Below are positions 1 through 11,400 of a stretch of 64,000 nucleotides of DNA, in pieces. The notes under the pieces are model-generated. The model did no database searches. It had not been told where the DNA came from and saw nothing but the letters and a program-made list of their open reading frames with translations. Position 1 is the stretch's first letter, and each line of letters opens with the position of its first letter. The translations under genes and the position numbers were made by a program. The DNA is from Harriotta raleighana (taxonomy: Eukaryota): assembly GCA_050575255.1 (NCBI GenBank), contig JBNZDD010013665.1, positions 1,496,135-1,560,134 of the forward strand, in the 5' to 3' direction.

Positions 1-1
1 A

Positions 2-202
2 GAAAAACTCCAGATGTATCAAACAGGAAAGAGGCTTCGAAGAGAAACAAGTCACATCATTTCAACTATTTATGACCAGCCCGAGAGTATTGATCAGGGC
101 GACATGTTGCTTCGGAGGCAGCCGGTAAACAGCATGAAATACAGAGAGGATGTTGCCTTTATAAAGGGTGCAGGTGTTACATATCAATTGGTCGCATCGT
201 AG
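2..202 (+). CDS. GPATCH3: G-patch domain-containing protein 3, last coding exon (5' part outside window)
   Basis: Translation EKLQMYQTGKRLRRETSHIISTIYDQPESIDQGDMLLRRQPVNSMKYREDVAFIKG* resembles the GPATCH3 C-terminus (EKLQ...LISTIYDEP...LLRRQPPTSMKFR). It lies directly upstream of GPN2 on the same strand, as in mammals. AATAAA near 258 and 910. Confidence 0.85.
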   Translation, partial: EKLQMYQTGKRLRRETSHIISTIYDQPESIDQGDMLLRRQPVNSMKYREDVAFIKGAGVTYQLVAS

Positions 203-616
203 TGAGGAACGGCCAGCCCTCATTGGAGATTGTCATTGGAGATCAGTCGTCATTCAAAATAAAATCTTAACTGGTCATTTGTTAATCTTTCTCTTGACGC
301 TGAAATTGTTCTGCTGCAAACTTTCTCCCCTCAAACATGTTTCTATTTTTTTTTCAAAGACAAAGAGGTACATTCTGCGAGTCGCAGTGCCTCTAGTATT
401 CTGGAAAAATCAAATGTTTTCACGTCTGTGCCTTGACAATGAAGATGGGCATCAATCAGGTGATGGGTGCATCCCAGCCATGACTGTTCTCACCTGATAT
501 GTAGCTACACCTGCAGCAAGGGGTTCCATCCATGAAAGTGATCAGAAGTGGGAATCTGTGCTAATTTGTCCTCTCACTAGCTCAACCTGACTGCTACCCT
601 GGTTCAGAACAGTTTC

Positions 617-785
617 TCAGCACAAAACAGAATTACTCCCTGGAAAAAAACTCAGAAGTTGCTGGGGAAACTCAGAAAGACTCACTTTCCTTTCTCCATG
701 GATGCTGCCTGACTTGCTGAGTTTCCCCAGCAACTTCTGAGTTTTTTTTTCAGATTCCCAGTATCTGCAGTATTTTGTGTTCTGT
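617..785. repeat. Hairpin-forming inverted repeat (palindromic interspersed repeat)
   Basis: AAAAAAACTCAGAAGTTGCTGGGGAAACTCAG (~644-675) is the reverse complement of CTGAGTTTCCCCAGCAACTTCTGAGTTTTTTT (~717-748); weaker outer arms. Confidence 0.7.
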
Positions 786-1384
786 TTACTCCCTGGCATG
801 TCTTCTCTGTGGCTTTGTGCTCCACCTGGAGGCACCTGTACTTACTCGCGCTCAGTGGGATTGCTGATGTTTGTTTGAAACTGAATGACATTCCTTCTAT
901 TTGGAGAACAATAAATCGGCAGCAACAGTGTTTAATCTAGGGAAGTGTAAATTTTTACTGTACATAAAAAAATATTTTTGTGGATACTTGCGAAATAGTG
1001 TATTTATTTAATTATCGGGGGCTGTAGGAGTGCTGGATCCTTCTCGTCAAAACATAACTCCAAATGATTCTGATGCCTTCTGTCATGTTTGCAGATCTAG
1101 GTCAAAGTAGACCATTGAGGCTGAAAGTGACAAAAACAACTTGTATTTACTTAGCACCCCAATTGTGGGAGGACAGATCAGTCACTGGGAGCAGGGAAAC
1201 ATACAGTTAATCCTACAAGCCAAAGATCTAATGGGTAGAATGGTGCTAGCTGGACAAGCAGTGGAGTCCTTCAGCTCTAGTTAAAGCAATTGTCTCGCAA
1301 GAGAGAGACCTGGGTTTGATTCCTGGCAGGGTGAAACCTTGGACAAGTTTCCTTACTCCACACACTTGATAATCTCTCAAGAAA

Positions 1385-1790
1385 AAAAGGAGGGCTTTGA
1401 AAGCGAGGACCAGGATCTTGAATCCTCTGGGTGATGGGGAGCCAATGGCCTCGGACGAGGGTGGGGCTGATTGGGTCATGGAGCAGGAGAGGACATACGC
1501 TGCAGAGTTCGGGATGATCTGCATCCTATAGAGGGAGGATCTGGGAAGGCCAACAGGTAGGACGTTGGCGTAGTCCAGCCTGGAGCGATGAAGGCACGAA
1601 TGAGAGTTTCAGCGGCCTGAGGGCGGGGGGGCAGTGGCGGGGTCGGGCGATGTTGAGGGAAGCGGTGAGGGCAGGCAGAGCGAGGGGGGGGGGTCAGGGC
1701 TGGGATGTGGGGGAGGAAAAGACAGTCGAGGATCGAACAAGCCCCCGGGGTTCCGGGCTGGTGGGTTTCCGCACGTGGCAGGAACAAGGC
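1385..1790 (-). mobile_element. L2/CR1-clade LINE 3' fragment
   Basis: Degenerate ORF2 C-terminal motifs (QIIPNSAA, FKILVLAFKAL) on the minus strand, similar to the 9603-10142 fragment. Confidence 0.7.
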
Positions 1791-1859
1791 AGAAGAGCAC
1801 CCCCCACCCCCACCCCCTAAATCAACAAATTACAGTTAGCTTTTACACAACAACAACAA

Positions 1860-2300
1860 GAGGGAGAGGGCATTACAGCGACGGCGCATGCTCAGTGCAC
1901 CCGCGGCAGCCTGAGGCCTACACCGGGGTTGCGGAGCTGTGGAGCCGCGCTATCAGCAGGTGTTTGTCCGGGTTCATAATGGGTCAGCCCAGGGGGGGGG
2001 GGGGGAAATGTCGGCCGTGAAGCGGTAGAGAGAGACGCCCGACGGGCGGTGGGACCAGTACAGGCCCGAGTCTCCGGCGCACCGTGAGACACGCAGCCCG
2101 GCCTGGGCTCTCTCTACTCCCGGCAGCAGCTCAGCTGGCCGCCTGACCGCATGCCGGCCCCTGGGCTCGGGAGGGGAATCGGCCGGGGGTGGAGCTGCTA
2201 CAGGTGGTGGGTCGGGGGGCCCGCGGGCTGAGTGTGAGCCGGAGTGTGGCCCATTGGGCTGAGTATGGCCCGCGGGCCGGATGTGGCCCATTGGGCTGAG
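1860..2300 (+). promoter_or_regulatory. GC/CpG-rich promoter and probable non-coding first exon of GPN2
   Basis: CpG-dense segment with a GCGCATGC (NRF1-like) motif near 1884 and GC boxes; a CT-rich acceptor (tccttcag at 2351-2358) precedes the first coding exon. Confidence 0.6.
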
Positions 2301-2423
2301 TGTACTTCAGTTTGTGATGATCTCCCCCTCTCTCTCTCTCTCTCTGTCTGTCCTTCAGGTCAGTGCTGCCTGTGCTGACGGCGATGAGTGACTGAGGTAG
2401 TGACTGGGGGAGGCTGTGTCAGG

Positions 2424-5400
2424 ATGTCTGTGGAGCCCAGGACTCCTGGCCTGGCTTTCGGCCAGGTGGTGATCGGCCCACCCGGCTCAGGGAAGACCAC
2501 CTACTGCTCGGGGATGCAGGAGTTTCTCTCCAAAATGGGCCGCAAGGTAGCTGTGGTGAACCTGGACCCAGCCAATGACAGAACCCCCTATCAGTGCAGT
2601 GTGGACATTGCTGAGCTGGTGACTCTGGACGATGTGATGGACAATCTGAAGTTGGGACCTAATGGGGGCCTGATTTATTGCATGGAATACTTGGAGGCAA
2701 ACTTTGACTGGCTGCAGGAGAAACTGGGGCAATACAGAGATCATTACTTCCTCTTTGATCTCCCTGGTCAGGTGGAGCTCTACACCCATCATTCCTCAGT
2801 CAAGAATATGGTCGCACAATTAACCAAGTGGAATTTCAGAGTGAGTTCATGTTCAGCTGCTAACAATTGGAGCAATAATTGAAGACTTTCTCTTTGTACC
2901 TCTCCAGTTAGTTACTGTCTCCTTCTCTGCCCCTTGCAACCAGTTTCTAGCCTCTATTTACCATTTTTCGTGGGGTCCTGTAGCTCAGTGGTTAGAGCAC
3001 TCGCCTTACAAGCGTTAAACCTGTGTTCAAATCCAGTCAGGTCAGGGTGAAACCTTGGACAAATTTCCTTTGATAATAATCGCTCCCCCCAAAAAACTAA
3101 GAAAAATTTGTCATTTCAATCCATGACTGTTTGTGGGACACAGCAGTGTGCAATTGGCTGCTGCGTTTCGCCCTCAAATATATAGTCAATTCACTTTACA
3201 GTATATTCTGTGAAGCTCTTTTTGACATCTAGAAGACATGAAAAAGTGCTATATCAAGTGCAAGGATTATTATTATTTTTAAAATATTATATATGACCTT
3301 TTGTTTTTGTTCCAGCGTCTTGGGACGTCCTCCTGAAGTGAAAGACGCTATACAAGTGTAATTTTGGTGGTGTTGGATTTGTGGATTCTTGTAGAGTATT
3401 GGTTAGAGCACTCACCTCACAAGCGAGAGGACATGTGTAGAGTAAAGAAAAGTTGCTTAAAGTTTCCTTTACACTTCTCTGTTTCCCAGCAGTAAGTAGG
3501 AATCCAGTTGTTGGCAGATTGGTTTTTGGAGGTACAGTAAAACCTTGTTTTTCTGGTACTCAACCAAACGACATACTCAACCAACCGGTTCTCCCAATAC
3601 AATTCACCATTTAGATTTATAGAATCATAGAATTTTACTGCACAAAAGGAGGCCATTCGGCCCATCTAGTCTGTGCTGGCAACTGGATTCTAGATTCAGC
3701 AACTGGATCTCATACCGTAGCCATCCAGGATACTCGCTATGCTCGCGGTATGCTCACTTTGCGCATGTAGGTCCATCGCTACCTTTATGTGAACTAGGGG
3801 GTTGCCTAGGGCTCTGGATCCACATATTAACAGCTGCAACGGATGGGGGGATAGTACCTGAAATCCCGCCTCCCCTCTTGCTCTCTGTACACTGATTGGC
3901 TAACAGTCCCCGCTAGTCACATCAACCCAGTGTCCCATTGGTCACCACTCACGTCAATCAGACGGGTGTTCACGCCCCACCAACACATTAGGTTGAATTC
4001 ACTTTTAACGGCCTGCCCTCAAGCATGCTCGCACCCTTTGCTATTGACAATCAATTAATAAGGTTAGTTCACTTTTTAAATAAAATAATAATTATACATA
4101 TACAGTAAAACCGTTGTTATCCGGCACCCTTCAATCAATGAATTAAAGTTACATTTATATAGCGCATTTCACATTGGGAAGACGCACCAAGGCCCTGGGA
4201 CCTGACCGGTGCCAATGAATCCAATATGCCGGATATTCGAGTGGCAAGTTGCCGAAAATCCAACAAAAAAAAACTTATTTTAAAACATATTAATAATACA
4301 CTAAATAATAACAGAATATTGTATCTCGAAGCATGATACAAATAAAACAACCATTATCGGGGATGCGGAGTGGGGGGAGACGAAGGAAGCTGTTCTTTAT
4401 CAAACACTGGAATGCTTTTTTACCTATCATTTTACCGAGTGTGATGGAATGCTTTATTGTTAAGTATCCATACAATATTCTGTTATTATTTAGTCTATTA
4501 TTAATATGGTATGTTTTAAAATTAATCGGCACAGATCAGGTCCTGAGGGTGCTGGATAACGAAGGATTTACTGTATTAATATCTCCCCAAAAAAGTGTTC
4601 ACTCAAACCCCAAGTGTTTGTGGGACTCTGCTACTCTCAATTTGCTGTTGTGTTTCAACCACAAAATACAGCCAATATACTTTTCAGTTATGTTCTGAAG
4701 CGCTTTGAGATGTCTGAACATCATGATAAAGAGCTATATCAAATGCAAGCATTAGTTTATTATTATCTCACTCTATAACCATCTCTATATGTTACTCTCC
4801 AGTTAGCTGCTGTTCACCTGGTTGACTCGCACTACTGTACTGATGCTTCCAAGTTCATCTCGATACTCTGCACATCACTGTCAACTATGCTGAATGTGGA
4901 GCTACCACACATCAATATCCTGTCCAAAATGGATCTTATTGAACAGTTTGGGAAGCTTGGTAAGCTTTTGAGACGCCCAATAAGTAAAGGAGAAGAGGTT
5001 GTGGAGAAGCAGTACTTTGTGTTAACTGCCATTATTCCTCCTGTTAAAACTGGAATGTGGGAAAGTGCAAACATGGATATTTTCCTCTGTTTGTATCACG
5101 GGGCATCCACAGAAACATTGAAGTGTTTTGATGCTCCAAAATTTAAGAGCAAAGTTCATTCTATTTTCTTTAGAATGTCCTTGTTGTTCATGTCTAAGCC
5201 ACATTTCCTCCTACCAGATTTGTCGTTGCTGTACTAAGAGCAGAGAAATGGCCTGTGAAGTGGGTAATATTTTGATTCTTATTTTTTAGCCTTTAATCTG
5301 GATTATTACACTGAGGTTCTGGACCTCTCCTACTTGTTGGATCACTTGGCCAGCGACCCTTTCTTCAAAAACTTCAAACGATTAAACAGCAAATTGGTGG

Positions 5401-7622
5401 AGGTGGTTGAAGATTACGGCTTGGTCTCATTTCTACCCTTAAATGTGCAGGTGAGAACTCATACCAGTTTGAGAACAATAACTCGTGTAAATACTGCAGC
5501 GAGTTTGGCAGGATGCACTCGTGGGATTGTTTCGCCCACAATTCACTTAACAATATATTCTGTGAAGTGGTGAAATGTCTCAATAATGTGTTAAAGCACT
5601 ATATCAAGGATCATTATTTTTGGGGAGTGAACACTGCAAGTCCGGGGGTTGCTGTGTATGTGCTGAATGACATTTGACAGAGTTTGTATTGATCTTCCTG
5701 ACAGGATAAGGAAAGCATGAAGCACGTGATGCTGGCGGTGGACAAGGCGAATGGCTACTGTTTTGGGAAAGAGGAACAGCAAAGCCTGGAGGCCATGATG
5801 TCAGTAGCAGTAGGTGGAGATTTCCAGTTCAGAGCGTATCCTTCAGTTGTGACCTCTCTGTTTGGGATCAGCGGCTCTGCTCGTCTTCGATTTCCCCCAT
5901 TTTCTAGTGCTGAGTGGGAGGGGGAATTGTTCAGTCTTCACATGAGTTGGGGCACTGATGTCTGAGCTCTTTGATCATGGAATGCTTTTGTAGCTGAGGA
6001 TTGACAGATTTAGAACACCACCCACATTGGGTTGGCTAAATAACCTGTTTCTGAGCTGTACAATGTACAACTCTACTGGGAATCAACCTCACATTAGAAC
6101 GCACCCCACCATGGTTGAGGTCTATCAACAAACGTGGTACCTTGGGTCTAGGGCTCAATCAGTTTGATCTTTGTACTTCAAAAATATTTTTGTTCTTCAC
6201 ACACTATTTAGCTACATTAGGAGTAAATGCAAAAGTGAAGTTGGCCCGAGCTATCAGTGAGGTATTTTATATGTGTCTGTGTGCAACAATGACAACTTGC
6301 TATAACTATAGTATCCTCCGCGCAGGGTAGATGATAAAGAAGGTTGTCAGATGGGACTTAAACAAGGGGATGGAGAGGACAAGGCAGAGGGTTTGTGGGA
6401 GAGTGTTCCAGAGTTTTGAGGTATAGTGGAAGAATGAGTGACCTCCAATAGTAGAACGGAGGGAGCGAGGGAAGCAGGAGGCCGGACCTAGTCAAGGGGA
6501 GATACCAGGTGGTGGATTGGGGAGTGAGGAGGTTGGAGAGTGATGGTGGATTGAGGAGTGATGGAGTGTGAGGATCTTGAAATTGATCCATTCACTGATA
6601 GGGAGACAGTGTAGTCTGGCCAGAAACTGGTAAAATGGGGGTATGGAATTTCATCCGGGTAAGTACGTGGGAAGCAGAATTCTGAATTAACTGGATTTTT
6701 TGGATAGAGGAACTGGGCAAGTCCGGCGAAGAGTGCGTTGGAGTAATCCAAGTGGGAGGTGACAAACGCATGTGCAAGGGTTTTGGTTGCATTTTGGGAA
6801 AGCTACAATAGGCAGTAGGCAATGTGATGGAGGTGAAGAAAGGCAGTCCTGGTTCGGGACCGGATGTGGGGAAAGAAGGACAGCTGAAGGTCAATCCAGA
6901 CACCTAGATTGCGCACTGGTTCAGTGAGTGTGGGGGAAAGGCTGAAGGTAATTTAGGGGGTCATATCCGCAGGAGTGAAGACATTGTCAGGAGCCAAGGA
7001 ATATGTCTTCCGTCTGGCCCACATTCAGCTGCAGGAAGTTTGCACTCGGCCTGCCAGACAAACTGATACAACATCAGCCTAGACCAGGAGTCACAGCTGG
7101 ACGAGGCAAAGTAGATTTGGGTGTTATCCTCGTATATGCGCAATTTAGATGTTTCGCCCAACAAATAAACAGTCAATTCACTTTACAGTATATTCTGTGA
7201 ATATACTTTGAGACGTCGATAAGATGTGGAAAGCGCTATATCAAAATGCAGGGATTATTATTATGTGGGTGTTTACAGAAGATATCACCAAGAGGGGGCA
7301 ATATGACTGGGTCTTTACTTGAGTAGCTCAAGGTACATGGATAGAGATACAAACACAAGAGTTACGGAGTGATCCACACACAACTGAAAACCACATTATT
7401 TTCATATCTGCCGGATGTCCCTAATTAGTGCAGATGACATTACTCGACTGTCCTACGCTCTGGGCCTTACTAGGCAAATGCAAGGTTTTCTTGCAAACAT
7501 TTCTAACACATGTTGTTCGGCAAGAGTTTGTTTCCTTAGCAGTCATCAGAGCCATGGATGCTCAAGAGAAATATGTGAGCCCGATTGACAAGTCAGTGAC
7601 AGAAGAAGCCATGGATCTCTAG
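2424..7622 (+). CDS. GPN2: GPN-loop GTPase 2; exons 2424-2840, 4803-4959, 5290-5450, 5705-5835, 7550-7622
   Basis: P-loop [23 protein letters not shown] (GPN loop), [14 protein letters not shown]-terminus QEKYV...EEAMDL*. Splice phases are consistent. AATAAA near 7900. Confidence 0.96.
2972..3277 (+). mobile_element. tRNA-derived SINE with L2-like 3' tail
   Basis: Head GTCCTGTAGCTCAGTGGTTAGAGCACTCGCC (A box), B-box-like GTTCAAATCC, body shared with many other copies in the window, (TTA)n tail. Confidence 0.85.
3535..4573. mobile_element. Tc1/mariner (Tigger/pogo-like) non-autonomous DNA transposon remnants (two left ends, at 3535 and 4103)
   Basis: TA-CAGTAAAACC termini at 3535 and 4103, right end ...GGATAACGAAGGATTTACTG-TA at 4573; internal 4426-4520 is nearly identical to 29897-29990. 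Confidence 0.7.
5836..7549 (+). other. U12-type (minor spliceosome) GT-AG intron in GPN2
   Basis: 5' splice site GTATCCTT at 5836; branch-site-like TTCCTTAGC at 7532-7540, close to the AG at 7548-7549; splicing here restores the frame. Confidence 0.85.
6330..7130 (-). mobile_element. L2-clade LINE fragment (RT C-terminal region)
   Basis: Minus-strand motifs [20 protein letters not shown] and YEDNTQIY (degenerate YADDTQLY). Confidence 0.75.
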
Positions 7623-7944
7623 ATGGTCGGGAGAGACGCGTTGCAAGGCATGGTGACATTCAGCTGAGTACGATGTTTAAGCCCAGAAGTTTGAACGTGA
7701 AAGATGTGTGATGAGCGGAGTCAGCGCCCGGCAGGCTGTGCAGTGTCGACTGCAACGTCGGGACCTATTGTGTCTCTTGCCCGGCAAGTCGACCGCTGAG
7801 TGCAGCGTTTGAATAATCCGGATGGGAGATGGCAAATGCATGTCATGTGGGTTTCGGTTGCATTTGAGGTTTGGTCAATACAGTCGGAGGTGGTTCTTTA
7901 ATAAAAATTGTAATTAAAGTCAAATTATTTGTTTGTTTGAATTC

Positions 7945-8320
7945 ACGATCCTAGTCCTCACCTTCAAAGCACTCCATGGCCTTCCCCCAGCCTACCTCTG
8001 CGACCTCCTAACCTACCAACCTGTCGTCTCCCTTCACTCACCAGGCTCCGGCCTGCTCCATGTCCCCGGGCCCACGATCGACAGGTGAGCCTTCAGCCAC
8101 TCTGCCCCCCCCACCTTCGGAATTCCATCCTGCAATCCCTCCACCTTGCCTCCCTTGCCTCCTTCAAGACTCGCCTCAAGACCCTTCTCTTCAACGGTCA
8201 GTCCCCTTCCCCTCCATTTCCTCCACCCTCCCTGATCCCGAGTCTGAAATACTGATTGTCCAGCACCTTAGGACGTTCTCCCAACATGAAAGCCGCTTTC
8301 AAATGTAATTTTGTTGTTTG
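7945..8320 (+). mobile_element. L2-derived 3' end repeat with (TTG)n tail
   Basis: Ends in GAAAGCCGCTTTCAAATGTAATTTTGTTGTT; same family as 22740-22975, 40690-41027 and 59640-59880. Confidence 0.65.
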
Positions 8321-8487
8321 TATAATCGGTGTTCAGTTTATCTGCCCCACTTCCTGTGACAAGCCCCCAACATTCCTAGGCCACACCTTCCTCACTGGCA
8401 ATGCTTCAACTCTTGACAATTTGGCTGATCGTTAACTCTCTAGACATGGGGGCTGTTATTTGGATGTAGTGTTGGGTGAGGGTCGAG

Positions 8488-11400
8488 ATGTCAAAGTCTT
8501 ATTGGCTTCAGAAGATGGGTGGACAGGACGAGGACACGGAGCACATTTGTAAACATAAAATTGCCATGTACTCGATGGACGATGGTGATTTCGAATTGCT
8601 AGACTCGGGCTTCCTGTCTATGGGAGAGGATTTCAACATCTCTCCACAGAATAGAGTTATCCACTGTTTGCAGCAACTGCAAGAGTTTCAGGGTAAGTCT
8701 CTGCTGAGTTCAACTTTTTGCTTGTAACTAACTAGGAGCAGGGTGTGGGGACTGGGTGACCAGGTTTGGTTTACAGTGAAATGCAAGGTTTATATAAAAT
8801 ATTTCTCATTGATTGTTTTTATTCAGAGAAGAAATGAAGTGAACGGTCGCTGCTTCCGTTTTGGATTCTGTCCAAAAGCCCCCAGATTTCCCAGCCACTT
8901 GCTAACCTGACACAACAGTCACCACACCACAGCTCTGACACTCAGGCTCTGACACTCTGACTGCGGGGTGGGTGCATTCCTCTTCTGTCTTATTAACACA
9001 AGGCAACCAATTCTGGTCACATCTTAAACCTCTGTAGAACAAACTACTGGGATCTTTCCTGACTCCAAAGATAAAAGTAAACACCTTATTAATTCATTAT
9101 GGGCTTTGACACGTCCAGAAGATGTGAGAAGCTTAATAACAAATACAAGGATTATTATTAAGTTCATCATTATCAGCAGCTGACACTAAAAGGTGTCAAC
9201 AGCATTAAAGCAATGTCATCAAGTGTCAGGAAGAGAGAGGTGTAAGTTTCAACTCCTGAGACCAGAGTACAGATAAAGTTAAACGAAGAATAGCAGAAGA
9301 AAGAGCTGCACAAAGCTCTCCCTCTCTCCCTACCTCCCTCCTTCGAGAAAACAACAACAATATAATTACACTTGCATAGCGCCTTTCACATTAGGAGGAT
9401 GTCCCAAGACTGGACAGTCATTGTTTCAGATCCGAGGGGTCAGAGACAGGGAGGGTGGACAGAAAGGGGGGAATTTTGGGTGGCCGGTGGGACCATTGAA
9501 CAGGGGTGTCTTGAGGGGAGACTTGAAGGAGTTCAGGAACTGAGGGATGGAGTTCCAGACATTGAGATCAGACTGGCTGAAAGCTCGCTCACCAATGGTG
9601 GTTCAGGGGATGTGGAGCAGGCAGGATCCTGCTGAGTGGAGGTGGCTGGCAGGATAGTAGGGGGTTAGGAGATCGCAGAGGTAGGGTGGGGCGAGGCTAT
9701 AGAGAGCTTTGAATGTGAGTACAAGGACCTTGAATTGGATCCTCTGGGTGATGGTGAGCCAATGGAGTTGGGCGAAGATGGGGGGGATGGTCACGAAGCT
9801 TGGAGCATGGGCCGCAGAGTTCTGAATTATCTGCAAACTATGGAGGGAGGAATTGGGAAGGCCGACAAGCAAGGCATTGGAGCCGGAATGTGATGAAGAC
9901 ATGAATGAGGGTTTCAGCAGCCTGGGGGTGAGGTAATGGCAGAGACAGGCAATATTGCAGAGGTGAGGGAAGGCAGAGTGAGTCATTGCTTGGATGCAGG
10001 GGAGGAAAGACATTTGAGAATCGAACAAGACACCTAGATTCCTGACTGGCTTGGTGAGCTGGAGGTTGATGCTGGTAGAGCCTGATGTGTGAAGGCTCTG
10101 GATCGAGCCAACCAGGAGGGCCTCGGTCTTGTTGACATTCAACTGTAGAAAGTTAGCTCACATCCATGACTTGATGTCTGACTGGCAGTCTGTCAGGACA
10201 GCAGTGGTCCTGGAGTCCAGGGTAGAGTTGGGTGTCATGCACATACATGTGGAAGTTAACCCCATGTCTGTGGATGATGTCACCAAGTGAGAGCAGGTAG
10301 ATGTTAAAATGTAGGGGGCCAAGGACAGTGTCCTGGGGGTTGCCACAGCTGACAGTGCGTGGGCTGGAAGAGAAGCCTTTGGTGGCAACAATGAGAAAGG
10401 TAACAGTTGAACCAAGCGAGGGCAGGTCCGCAGAGTTTGAGCTGGGAGGAGAGATGGTATAGGAGGATGGAGTGGTTGACAGTGTTGAAGGCAGCAGATA
10501 TGTTGAGGAGGACAAGGAGGCAGAGAGTGACCTGATCACAGATGTTTAGAATGTTATTAGAGACTTTTACCAGGGCTGTCTCTGTACTATGGGCAGCATA
10601 GAAGCCAGATTGCAGAGGATCGAGGAGGGAGTGGCGAGAGAGAAAGGAGCAAAGTTGGGAAGCAACGATTCATTCCAGGGCCTTGGAGAGGAATGGGAAG
10701 TTGGAAATGGGGGGTAGCTGCAGAGTAGGGGTGGGTCCAGTGAATGTTTTTTCAATATAGGAGGGATGGCAGCAGTTTTTAGAGGAGTGGGAACAGTCCA
10801 GTGGATAGGAAGAGGTTGATGACATCAGTTAGGAAGGGGGCTAGGAGATGGAGCTGGAAGATGAGGAGAGATAATAATAATAATAATAATAATAATCCTT
10901 GCATTTGATATAGCGCTTTTCACATCTTATCAACGTCCCAAAGCGCTTCACAGAATGTATTGTAAAGTGAATTGACTGTATATTTGTGGGAAGAACGCGG
11001 CAGCCAATTGCGCACAGCAGTGTCCCACAAACAGTCGTGGATTGAAATGACCAAATTTTATTATTGTGGTTTTTTGGAGGGATTATTATTAGGCAAGTGG
11101 AGTAAGGAAACTTGCCCAAGGTTTCGCCCTGATCTGCCTGGATTCGAACACAGGTCTCATGCTTGTAAGGCATGTAAGGCGAGTGCTCTAACCACTGAGC
11201 CACAGGAGCTCCAGGAGATGGGGATGTGGTCAAGGAAGCAGGTGGTGGGTTTCATTTTTTGGATGAGAGCAGAGAGGGTTGGGAGAGAGATAGAGTCAAA
11301 GGTGTGTAGTGGGGGTTGAGAGTGGGGTGGATCCTGGGGGAGAGGTTATGGGACGGTAGTGATGGACGGGGTAGAGGTGGCTGAACATATCCCCTCGATT

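Noticed and set aside
2972-3045. tRNA-like sequences (also at 11140-11212, 17899, 23148, 35240)
   Set aside because: They are SINE heads: each continues into the same SINE body and (TTA)n tail and lacks an intact cloverleaf.
8827-8968. Candidate second exon of the novel gene (good acceptor TTTTATTCAG)
   Set aside because: All three frames hit stop codons, and the phase-1 join gives EKK*.
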